Positions 1 to 7,917 of a stretch of 64,000 nucleotides of DNA are shown here, in pieces. Below the pieces are notes generated by a model. It was not told the origin of the DNA and searched no databases. It saw only the letters and a list, made by a program, of their open reading frames with translations. Position 1 is the first letter of the stretch; each line of letters starts with the position of its first letter. Where the stretch lies: assembly GCA_964404735.1 (NCBI GenBank), contig CAYOLA010000041.1, positions 1,310 to 65,309 of the forward strand, read 5' to 3'. The position numbers and the translations under genes were made by a program. The DNA is from an uncultured Bacteroidales bacterium. Lineage in GTDB: Bacteria > Bacteroidota > Bacteroidia > Bacteroidales > B18-G4.

Positions 1-24
1 ATAACAATAAAAAATATCAGAAAA

Positions 25-261
25 ATGGAAACAAAATTTGATCAAACACTCGACTGCAAGGGGCTGAGTTGCCCGATGCCGATGATGAAGCTTTCGAAAG
101 CCATCAAGGGCATGAACCAGGGTGAAGTACTTGAGATGCTGGGCACTGATCCGGGCACCAAGTCGGACCTGCCTAAATGGTGTGAAAAAACCGGGAACGA
201 GATTCTTCATGAGGAAGCGCTTGACGGTGGAGTTTTCAGGTATTTAATAAAAAAGAACTAG
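25..261 (+). CDS. TusA/SirA-family sulfurtransferase (sulfur carrier protein)
   Basis: 78 aa. LDCKGLSCPMPMMKL carries the Cys-Pro-x-Pro active-site signature of the TusA family. The ORF stops 9 nt before the YeeE-like gene. Confidence 0.9.
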   Translation: METKFDQTLDCKGLSCPMPMMKLSKAIKGMNQGEVLEMLGTDPGTKSDLPKWCEKTGNEILHEEALDGGVFRYLIKKN

Positions 262-270
262 GAGGTCGTG

Positions 271-1485
271 ATGTCTGAAAAGGCTAAAGATCCGGGTATT
301 TTCGGTCAACTCTTCGGAACATTTTTCGCGAAGCACTGGCCCGTATGGGTAGGCGGCATCGTGCTGGGCCTGCTCAACATCCTTTTATTTGCCATTCACA
401 GTCCGTGGGGTGCCAGCGGCGGGATCAACAACTGGGGCGAAAACCTGTTCCAGACTTTTGGTGTTTTTGGGATCAACGGCACTACGCCGGTTTGGCTCAG
501 CCTGTTTGGCATGCTTTGTCTGATGCTGGTGATCGGCTCATTTATGGGAGCCCTGCTTTCAAAGGAATTTGCGCTCAGGGTGCCGCCCAGGGGTGAGATG
601 GTAAAAGGGTTGATTGGCGGCGGCCTGATGGCATTGGGTGCCACCATTGGCCTTGGTTGCACCATCGGCTCATTTTTCAGTGGCGTACCAGCCTTGAGTG
701 GCGGTGCCATCATCTTCACCATTGGCCTTTTTGCCGGTGTGATCATTGCCCTGAAGTACCTGATATGGGAAATGGAAAAACATCCCGGCTTCAGCTCAGG
801 CAAAAGCTACACCTTTTTTGCCGTGAAACCCGGAAAGGGTTCATGGCAGGTTTACCTTGGCTGGTCGGTGCTCGCACTGGTACTGCTCATTGCCTGGCTT
901 TATTCAGGAAGAAACCCTGTAATGACCTGGTTTATTATCATCGGTCTTTTCATGGGGATGATCTCTCAGCGTTCGCGCTTTTGCATTGTCAAGGCCTTCC
1001 GCGATCCATTCATGACCGGCGAATCGGATGGTTCTACGGGTGTAATGGCAGGCCTGATGGTCACCCTGGTTGGCTTCACGGCCATCAAGTTTTTCGGGAT
1101 TGGTTTTGATGACCCCTCCCTGCGCTTGCGGGAGATGACGTGGATATTTCCGCATTTCTGGGGCCGCGCACTCATTGGCGGGCTGATCTTCGGCCTGGGC
1201 ATGACTGTAGCCGGCGGATGTGCTGTCGGAACTTTATGGCGCGTAGGCGAGGGCCAGGTAAAACTCTGGTTTGCAGCACTGGGCTTTATCCTGATATCGC
1301 CGCTGTCGAACAGGTTCATCGTACCGCTGATCAACGACATTTTTCCGCAAAACATGCGTTTCAGGGCATTTCTACCAGACTATATCGGCTATGCCGGCGC
1401 CTTTGCACTGGTGGTAGCCCTTATATTATTATGGTATTGGTTTGTGAAATGGAATGAAAAAACCGGAAGATTTACCGCTTACTAA
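271..1485 (+). CDS. YeeE/YedE-family sulfur (thiosulfate) transport membrane protein
   Basis: About 404-aa polytopic Gly-rich membrane ORF with conserved Cys-containing segments GLGCTIGSF, SRFCIV and AGGCAVGTLW, typical of YeeE/TsuA-type transporters. An SD-like GGAGG lies at 261-265. GTG at 268 is an alternative start. Confidence 0.85.
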   Translation: MSEKAKDPGIFGQLFGTFFAKHWPVWVGGIVLGLLNILLFAIHSPWGASGGINNWGENLFQTFGVFGINGTTPVWLSLFGMLCLMLVIGSFMGALLSKEFALRVPPRGEMVKGLIGGGLMALGATIGLGCTIGSFFSGVPALSGGAIIFTIGLFAGVIIALKYLIWEMEKHPGFSSGKSYTFFAVKPGKGSWQVYLGWSVLALVLLIAWLYSGRNPVMTWFIIIGLFMGMISQRSRFCIVKAFRDPFMTGESDGSTGVMAGLMVTLVGFTAIKFFGIGFDDPSLRLREMTWIFPHFWGRALIGGLIFGLGMTVAGGCAVGTLWRVGEGQVKLWFAALGFILISPLSNRFIVPLINDIFPQNMRFRAFLPDYIGYAGAFALVVALILLWYWFVKWNEKTGRFTAY

Positions 1486-1498
1486 AATCATATCACCC

Positions 1499-1987
1499 AT
1501 GAAAGCAAAAACCTATTATCCAGCAATCATTTTTGCGGTCGCACTGCTCATCTCATCATGCAACGCCATTTATGAAGAAGGCGAAGAGCTTGCAATGGCA
1601 CATCAATCCCTGGTCACTGAAATTACAGCCGACGAGCTGAAGAGCAAGGTCGAAAACGGGGAAAACTTTCTCCTGCTCGACGTACGGCAGTCATCAGAAT
1701 ACGAACAAGCCTCCATCCCGGGCGCGTTGAACATCCCCCGCGGCCTGCTCGAATTCAGGATCCGCGATGATAATTTCTGGGAAGAGGAGTTCATGTACAC
1801 GCCCGAAAATGATGAAGAAATAATTGTTTACTGCAAGCTGGGATACCGTGGCATTTTATCGGCCATGGCACTGCGGCAACTCGGATTCACAAATGTCAGG
1901 AACCTGGCCGGCGGCATCGTCAGCTGGGATCCCGACATTGAACAGGTCACTCCCAAAAACAAAGGCGGCGGCGGATGTGGAGGCTGA
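1499..1987 (+). CDS. Exported single-domain rhodanese lipoprotein with C-terminal GGGGCGG tail
   Basis: Lipobox-like signal peptide (AVALLISSC) if the start is ATG 1499; the track start 1454 would overlap yeeE by 32 nt. The rhodanese fold has active-site loop YCKLGYRG. The protein ends ...KNKGGGGCGG-stop (1964-1984). Confidence 0.85.
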   Translation: MKAKTYYPAIIFAVALLISSCNAIYEEGEELAMAHQSLVTEITADELKSKVENGENFLLLDVRQSSEYEQASIPGALNIPRGLLEFRIRDDNFWEEEFMYTPENDEEIIVYCKLGYRGILSAMALRQLGFTNVRNLAGGIVSWDPDIEQVTPKNKGGGGCGG

Positions 1988-2044
1988 GAAAACTTAAAAA
2001 TGTATCAATCAATATATTCTATTAATAACTAAAACTAAGACGAA

Positions 2045-3013
2045 ATGAAAAAATTTGCAATTTACCTGCTCGCGCTGATGCTGATCCCGGCATTTGTTTT
2101 TACTGCCTGCAAAAAAAGCGATGACGACGAAGAAACCTTCAACGCACAAAAAGCCCTTACCGAATATCTGGTGGCACAGGACATGGACATCAACAAGATC
2201 CTCGAAGGATTTGTGATGATGCCCCCCGACGATGGCAATGTAAGTGACCGTCACGTGATCGATATCCGTTCGGCCGATGACTTTGGCGCCGGACATATTG
2301 AGGGTGCTGTGAATGTTCCTTTAAGCAATATCCTCACCGAGGCAGCCAATGCCACAAAACCCATACTGGTGGCTTGCTACACCGGACAAACAGCCACTTA
2401 TGCCGTTAGTCTGCTGCGCCTTTCGGGTTATGCCGATGCCAAAGCCCTGAAATGGGGAATGAGCTCATGGCATACAGACTTCGCCAACAATGCCAAGGGG
2501 TGGAATGGAAAAACCGGTGACATTGCCGAGGGACACGCCAACTGGACCTACAATGTGGCCCCTGCCAACCTTACCTACAACGCTCCCACGTTTACAAGTA
2601 CCAGCACCGACCCCGCCGAGATCCTTAATGCACGCATACAAACCGTTATTGCCGACGGATTCAAAACCGTTACGCCTGACGACGTACTGGCCAACCCCGG
2701 CGACTTCTTTATCAACAACTACTTTTCGGAAGCCGATTACCTGGGTTTCGGACACATCAACGGTGCCAAAAGGATACAGCCCATGCTTGTTGGCGAAGGA
2801 CAGGTCAACTACAATGATGCATCCACCAAAGTGGTTACCTACTGCTACACCGGGCAAACCTCCGCTGCCATTACCTCCTACATGAGGGTGATCGGTTATG
2901 ATGCCTACAGTATGGTGTTCGGGATGAATAAACTTTATCATTCAAATACCGCATGGGTACAGAATAAATGGGATGCCGCTATTTCGAAGGACCTTCCCTA
3001 TGTGACCAACTAA
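2045..3013 (+). CDS. Tandem-rhodanese lipoprotein (both domains retain the active-site Cys)
   Basis: Signal peptide with lipobox FVFTAC followed by KKSDDDEE. There are two rhodanese domains, each with an identical CYTGQT loop (2375-2392 and 2843-2860). Confidence 0.85.
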   Translation: MKKFAIYLLALMLIPAFVFTACKKSDDDEETFNAQKALTEYLVAQDMDINKILEGFVMMPPDDGNVSDRHVIDIRSADDFGAGHIEGAVNVPLSNILTEAANATKPILVACYTGQTATYAVSLLRLSGYADAKALKWGMSSWHTDFANNAKGWNGKTGDIAEGHANWTYNVAPANLTYNAPTFTSTSTDPAEILNARIQTVIADGFKTVTPDDVLANPGDFFINNYFSEADYLGFGHINGAKRIQPMLVGEGQVNYNDASTKVVTYCYTGQTSAAITSYMRVIGYDAYSMVFGMNKLYHSNTAWVQNKWDAAISKDLPYVTN

Positions 3014-3046
3014 TCAGACAAATATTTAACAACAAAAAGAACAAAA

Positions 3047-4060
3047 ATGAAAAGGTTTTTCATTATCACCTTGTCGGTACTGCTGCTAGCAGGAAACCAC
3101 ACTATAAAGGCCCAGGGGTGCGGCGACGGGCCCTCCGGAGAAGGAGTGGAAGTTTTCGGTTTCCTGCAGGGGCAGTATGAGGCATTGTTTGAAGACGAAA
3201 CCAAGAACAGTTTCACCTTCGAAAGGGCACGAATCGGTGTACAGGGAGCAATCCCCTATGACTTTTCCTATTACGTGGTTGTGGAACTCAGCCCGTTTAT
3301 TTCACCAAATCCCTATCTGCTCGATGCTTTTATCACGTATAGCCGTTTCGACTTTGCCAGGTTATCGGTGGGTTCTTTCAAAACCCCCTTCGGCCTCGAA
3401 GTAAACACCCCCTGCAACGGGATGATGACGGTATACCGTTCAACGGCAACCCTGCAGATGGTAGCTCCATTCAGAGACCTCGGTATGGTATTCATGGGTG
3501 GCAACAAGGACACCTGGTGGCAGTACCAGCTCGGCATCATGAATGGCAGCGGACTTGGCCGTTTCGACAACAACAAAAAGAAGGACATTGTCGGACGCGT
3601 GCTCGTAAAGCCTTTCGATTTCGTACAGGTGGGAGGCAGTTTCCGCTATGGTTATCCTTCCTACAACAACAATAAAGACTCACGCACCACCTACGGAGGC
3701 GAGCTGAAATTCAACTATAAGGGGATTACGCTCATGGGTGAGTACATCATGGACGAAGGCGACTATAACCGCGACCTCGGTGGCGGATGCGGCGGCGAAC
3801 TCCTTGCCCTTGGAAAAGAAAGAAGCGGCGGCTATGTTACGCTGGCATATCTCAGCAAATGGAACATCGAACCGGTGTTTAAATATGATTTCTTCGACTC
3901 GGGCAATGATCAGGATTATACCGAAAGCAATATGACCTTCGGGATAAACTACTATTTCAATGACTGGACCCGTTTGCAGGCCAATTACATTTACCGGGCC
4001 GAAGAACCGACCGACCTCGAAAACGACATGTTTGTCATTCAGGTCCAGGTCAAGTTTTAA
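3047..4060 (+). CDS. Outer-membrane beta-barrel porin (phosphate-selective porin O/P-like)
   Basis: Signal peptide ...HTIKA-QG. The sequence shows alternating amphipathic beta-strand pattern and is rich in aromatics and Gly, with a C-terminal ...VQVQVKF ending in Phe as in OMPs. FTFERARIGVQG resembles the porin O/P family N-terminus. An internal GGGCGG lies at 3779-3796. Confidence 0.7.
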   Translation: MKRFFIITLSVLLLAGNHTIKAQGCGDGPSGEGVEVFGFLQGQYEALFEDETKNSFTFERARIGVQGAIPYDFSYYVVVELSPFISPNPYLLDAFITYSRFDFARLSVGSFKTPFGLEVNTPCNGMMTVYRSTATLQMVAPFRDLGMVFMGGNKDTWWQYQLGIMNGSGLGRFDNNKKKDIVGRVLVKPFDFVQVGGSFRYGYPSYNNNKDSRTTYGGELKFNYKGITLMGEYIMDEGDYNRDLGGGCGGELLALGKERSGGYVTLAYLSKWNIEPVFKYDFFDSGNDQDYTESNMTFGINYYFNDWTRLQANYIYRAEEPTDLENDMFVIQVQVKF

Positions 4061-4072
4061 CCAATAAAAAGA

Positions 4073-4897
4073 ATGACCATGAAGTATCTATTGAAATCTA
4101 TCAGTTTCATCATGCTGGTGCTGCTTGCATCGGGCGTTCATGCGCAGTTCGATATCATTTCCGCCAAGGAAGCATCAAAAATGATCAAAAACGAAGGTGT
4201 GATCGTTGTTTCTACGCGCAATGCCGACGATTATGCAAAAGTCCACATTGATGGCGCCATCAACATCGAAATGAAATCGCTTTACAAGGAAGGCAGCATT
4301 GAGGGTTTGATCAAATCACCCGGGGATCTGACAAAGATCCTTGGAGAGAAAGGACTTGATCCTTCGGCAAGCATTATCATTTACGACAATGGCAAATATG
4401 TTAATGCCGGTTATCTTTACTGGATACTCGATTACCTGGGTTACCAGGATGTAAAGATCCTCGACGGGCATATGAGCGGTTGGCGCAATGCCCGCGGACC
4501 GGTTACCAAAACCCCTTACACCAGGCCGCCACTTGTCGTTACACCGAAGCTAAAACCGGAGATTTACGTCGACTACAACTACGTGAAAGGCAAGCTCAAC
4601 AATCCCGGAACCGTGCTGGTTGATGTACAGAGTCCCAAAGAATTCGGCGAAGGGCATATCAGCGGCGCGATTAATATGGAAAACAAAAACTTCTTTGACG
4701 AAGAAAGCAGCACCTTGAAATCGAAGGAAGAGATCGGAAAAGTGCTGGCCGAACATCAGATCGGCAAAGACAAGGAAGTGATCCTGTACTGCGCTTCCAG
4801 CGCCCGCGCGGGCACTGTTTACCTTGCCATGAAAGCGCTTGGCTACAGCAACCTCAAGCTTTATGAAGGAGGTTACAATGAATGGAAAACCAAATAA
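4073..4897 (+). CDS. Periplasmic two-domain rhodanese (thiosulfate sulfurtransferase-like)
   Basis: Type-I signal peptide (...SGVHA-QF). The N-terminal rhodanese domain lacks the Cys (IIIYDNGKY) and the C-terminal domain has the classical loop YCASSARAG. This is the classical inactive-plus-active tandem architecture. Confidence 0.85.
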   Translation: MTMKYLLKSISFIMLVLLASGVHAQFDIISAKEASKMIKNEGVIVVSTRNADDYAKVHIDGAINIEMKSLYKEGSIEGLIKSPGDLTKILGEKGLDPSASIIIYDNGKYVNAGYLYWILDYLGYQDVKILDGHMSGWRNARGPVTKTPYTRPPLVVTPKLKPEIYVDYNYVKGKLNNPGTVLVDVQSPKEFGEGHISGAINMENKNFFDEESSTLKSKEEIGKVLAEHQIGKDKEVILYCASSARAGTVYLAMKALGYSNLKLYEGGYNEWKTK

Positions 4898-4919
4898 ATT
4901 TAGCTAAACCCCGAAGAAA

Positions 4920-5423
4920 ATGAAAAAACTGAAGTATCTCTTATTTCTGCTTGCCCTGCCGGCATTGATGATCCGTTGCGGAAACAACGGACAGGAAACC
5001 TACGGGTCGGCCGATGAGCTGGTTACAAAGCAAAACAACGGATTTAAATACGTTTCGGCCGAAAAACTTCGGGAACTCATGAATGAACAGCTTCCCGGGA
5101 TTCGTGTGATCGATGTGCGGGAGCCTGAGGAATTTGAAAAAGGACACATTCCGGGAGCTGTTAACATTCCGCGGGGAGTATTGGAGTTCTCTGACCGGAT
5201 CAGCAACAGGCGCGAAAGTATCTTGCTATACTGTGATGATCAAAGCAGGTCGGTTTTGTCGGCCAATGCCCTGAAGATGCTCAAATACCGAAGGCTTGCC
5301 ATCCTTGAGGGTGGATTCGAGAAATGGGTCGGCAATTATCCCGGCATGATCGAGGAAGGCAATGGCGACCCGGTAGCTGAAGCCCCGGTAAAAAAAGAAA
5401 GTTCGGGCGGCTGCGGCGGTTGA
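4920..5423 (+). CDS. Exported single-domain rhodanese with C-terminal GGCGG tail
   Basis: N-terminal signal peptide (possible lipid-modified Cys20). The rhodanese domain (RVIDVREPEEFEKGHIPGAVNIP) has an unusually acidic loop YCDDQSRS. The protein ends ...KKESSGGCGG-stop (5406-5420). Confidence 0.85.
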   Translation: MKKLKYLLFLLALPALMIRCGNNGQETYGSADELVTKQNNGFKYVSAEKLRELMNEQLPGIRVIDVREPEEFEKGHIPGAVNIPRGVLEFSDRISNRRESILLYCDDQSRSVLSANALKMLKYRRLAILEGGFEKWVGNYPGMIEEGNGDPVAEAPVKKESSGGCGG

Positions 5424-5468
5424 TCGCAAAATTACAGAAGTATAAACAATTAAATAACAATTGGAATT

Positions 5469-5885
5469 ATGGCAGAAAAAATGTGTATCGGACTTTTTTC
5501 CGGTGGGGTTGACAAGCTCACTTATGCCGGTGTGGTGATCAGCGGCGCCGCCGCCGACGACATGGAAGTGGAAGTGTTTGTGCACCTTCAGGCCGCACAA
5601 TGGTTTGTAAAAGGCAACGAAAACAGGAAAGAATACCTGAGTGAGTCACCGGATAGCTTTGATGAATTTTCAAAAGCACTTGAAAGCACCAACAGTCCGT
5701 CATGGCTTGAATTTTTTGAAATGGCCAAAGAGATGACGGATGTGAAGGTATATGTATGCAGCCTTGCCGGAAAGATATGGGGCGGCAGCCGGGAAGAGGA
5801 CTTCATCGACATCGTCGACGGCATCATCGGCATCGGCGAATACATTGATGCTGCCAAGGATGCCGATGTACATTTTCTGATTTAA
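5469..5885 (+). CDS. DsrE/DsrF-like family sulfur-relay protein
   Basis: 138 aa with no signal peptide. The N-terminus CIGLFSGGVDKL..A.VISGAAA is of the DsrE-fold type, and a conserved Cys sits in VYVCSLAG. It is positioned between the rhodanese and TusA genes, as in known sulfur-relay clusters. Confidence 0.7.
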   Translation: MAEKMCIGLFSGGVDKLTYAGVVISGAAADDMEVEVFVHLQAAQWFVKGNENRKEYLSESPDSFDEFSKALESTNSPSWLEFFEMAKEMTDVKVYVCSLAGKIWGGSREEDFIDIVDGIIGIGEYIDAAKDADVHFLI

Positions 5886-5922
5886 CATTCACAAATTTTT
5901 AAATTAATAAGGAGAAATAAAA

Positions 5923-6174
5923 ATGACAACAGAAGAACTAAAAGCACTGGAAATAGCCAAGCAGGTTGATGCCAGGGGAACGGCATGTCCGGGTCCGCTG
6001 CTGGCTGCAAAAAAAGCCATCGGAGAGATCGGATCGGGTGATATTATGGAAGTATTATCGGCCGACGCCGGAACGAAAAGAGACATCCCCAAGTGGGCCG
6101 GAAAGAAAGGCCATGAATACCTTGGCGATCTTGAGGAAGACGGCTATTTTAAGTTGTATTTAAAGAAAAACTAG
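5923..6174 (+). CDS. TusA/SirA-family sulfurtransferase (second copy)
   Basis: 83 aa. VDARGTACPGPLLAAKKA carries the Cys-Pro-x-Pro TusA signature. An SD-like AAGGAG lies at 5909-5914. Confidence 0.9.
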   Translation: MTTEELKALEIAKQVDARGTACPGPLLAAKKAIGEIGSGDIMEVLSADAGTKRDIPKWAGKKGHEYLGDLEEDGYFKLYLKKN

Positions 6175-6178
6175 GAAA

Positions 6179-6589
6179 ATGTCAGAATCCAGGCAAAGCA
6201 CTGCTCCGAAGGTTCTGGTATTTTCAACCGAAAAGATCTCAGACCCCGCCATTGACATGGCGGGGCTGTTAAAACTGCATTATCCGCCAACAGTTTACGT
6301 GATCACTGTTCCATGTTCAAGCGCTGTGAAGCCCAAATGGATCATCCGCGCTTTCGAGAAGGGTTACGACGGGGTATTCATTGCCGCCGACGGCACCGAC
6401 TGCCCTTACAGCGAATCCTGTACCGAACGTACTTCCGATGTGATTGCGCAAACACATATCATTATGAAGGAAAAAGGAATAGACCCTTCGAAACTGAAAA
6501 TGGCGGCAATTTGCTCGGTATGCGCCGAACCTTTTGTCAAGCACATGAACAACTTTGTTGATGAGCTTGCCAGTAAAAAGAATAATTAA
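6179..6589 (+). CDS. MvhD/FlpD-like protein (hydrogenase iron-sulfur subunit family), stand-alone
   Basis: 136 aa. YVITVPCSSAVKPKWIIRAFEKGYDGVFIAADGTDCPY matches the core of the methyl-viologen-reducing hydrogenase delta-subunit fold. It lies 23 nt upstream of the HdrA-like genes. Confidence 0.7.
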   Translation: MSESRQSTAPKVLVFSTEKISDPAIDMAGLLKLHYPPTVYVITVPCSSAVKPKWIIRAFEKGYDGVFIAADGTDCPYSESCTERTSDVIAQTHIIMKEKGIDPSKLKMAAICSVCAEPFVKHMNNFVDELASKKNN

Positions 6590-6612
6590 ATCACCATTCC
6601 GAAAATACACCA

Positions 6613-7917
6613 ATGCCAGATACAACCGTAAACAACCATCAGTACGATGCACTCGTTATCGGAGGCGGTATTGCGGGAGAAGAGTCAGCACTGAACCTTG
6701 CCAATATGGGCTACCGTGTCGTGCTGGTGGAAAAAGACCTTTCGCTGGGCGGTAAGATGATACATCTCAGCAAGGTATTCCCCACCCTCGACTGTTCAGC
6801 CTGCATTACCACACCAAAAGTTTCAGAAACCGCCAGACATCCCAACATAAGGATATACACATACAGCGAGGTAAAAGACATCAGGAAAAACGGCAACGGC
6901 CATTTTACGGCCGATATTCACAAAAAACCGCGCTACGTTATCGAGGATGAATGCACGGGTTGTGAGGCCTGTGAAAAGGTTTGCCCGGTAATTGTGGAAG
7001 ACCAGTATCAGTATGACCTGGTTGGACGCAAAGCGGCTTATATTCCCTTCAGCATTGCCAATCCGAGGATTGCAGCCATCGACATTGAGAACTGCATCCT
7101 TTGCGGAGCCTGTGAAAAGGCCTGCATGGCCGAAGCCATTGATTTCGCGCAAAAGCCGGAAACGATACCCATCACCTTTAAGGCTGTGATCGTTGCTACA
7201 GGATATAACCTGGTTGAGGCCGGCAAACTGCCAAACTATGGCTTCGACCAATATAAAAACGTGGTAACGGCCATGCAAATGGAACGGCAACTGGTTCCCA
7301 CACGGCCCTTTAACACGGTTTTACGGCCCAAAGACGGGAAGATGCCCGACAATATTGCCTACGTGCTGTGCGCCGGATCGAGGGATGCCACCATCGGCAA
7401 TCCCATTTGCTCGCAGATCTGTTGTATGTATTCCATTAAGCAGGCCCAGTTGCTCATGGGAGCACTGCCAATGGCCGATGTTACCATATATTATTTACAC
7501 ATCAGGGCATTTGGCAAGGGTTTTAATGAATTTTACCAGCAGGCCCGCGGCATGGGTGTTGAATTTGTAAAAGGGAAGATTGCCAAAATCACCGAAAAGG
7601 AAAACGGGAACCTGATCCTCCGCTACGAGGATGTTTACAGCGGAAAAGTGAGCGAAGCCGAACACGACCTCGTGGTTTTGTCGACCGGCATCCTGCCGGG
7701 TGATGGCATTACAAATCTGTTTTCCGGTGAAAAACCGGAAACCGATGCCTTTGATTACGTAAAACAAGTGGATGAACTGGAAAACCCCTCACGGACGAGT
7801 ATACCCGGTGTTTTTGTAGCCGGCACGGCCGCGGGGCCAATGGACATCCCCGACTCCATCCTTTCCGCCGGGGCAGCCTCATCCGAAACAGCCAGTTATA
7901 TCAGGAACATGTCATGA
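6613..7917 (+). CDS. HdrA-family FAD/FeS flavoprotein, QmoA-like (CoB-CoM heterodisulfide reductase subunit A family)
   Basis: 434 aa. Features are the FAD dinucleotide motif ALVIGGGIAGEESA, FPTLDCSACI, an inserted 2x[4Fe-4S] ferredoxin (CTGCEACEKVCP and CILCGACEKAC) and CSQICC. Size and architecture match QmoA. The stop overlaps the next start (ATGA at 7914-7917). Confidence 0.8.
   Translation: MPDTTVNNHQYDALVIGGGIAGEESALNLANMGYRVVLVEKDLSLGGKMIHLSKVFPTLDCSACITTPKVSETARHPNIRIYTYSEVKDIRKNGNGHFTADIHKKPRYVIEDECTGCEACEKVCPVIVEDQYQYDLVGRKAAYIPFSIANPRIAAIDIENCILCGACEKACMAEAIDFAQKPETIPITFKAVIVATGYNLVEAGKLPNYGFDQYKNVVTAMQMERQLVPTRPFNTVLRPKDGKMPDNIAYVLCAGSRDATIGNPICSQICCMYSIKQAQLLMGALPMADVTIYYLHIRAFGKGFNEFYQQARGMGVEFVKGKIAKITEKENGNLILRYEDVYSGKVSEAEHDLVVLSTGILPGDGITNLFSGEKPETDAFDYVKQVDELENPSRTSIPGVFVAGTAAGPMDIPDSILSAGAASSETASYIRNMS

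Noticed and set aside
261-265. Strong Shine-Dalgarno-like GGAGG before yeeE (and AAGGAG at 5909-5914 before the second tusA) as a hint of horizontal acquisition of the sulfur block by an SD-poor Bacteroidota genome
   Set aside because: Only two of the 14 genes show it. SD-like strings also occur elsewhere, for example before mrpC. By eye, base composition and codon style do not differ from the rest of the window. The evidence is insufficient.
1454-1498. N-terminal extensions proposed by the ORF track (also 14002, 24690, 28180, 32519, 37997, 49368, 49675 and 56389)
   Set aside because: The extensions overlap upstream genes or promoter boxes, lack homology-like sequence, and are followed by an internal Met that gives a canonical N-terminus or signal peptide. 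I used the shorter starts.
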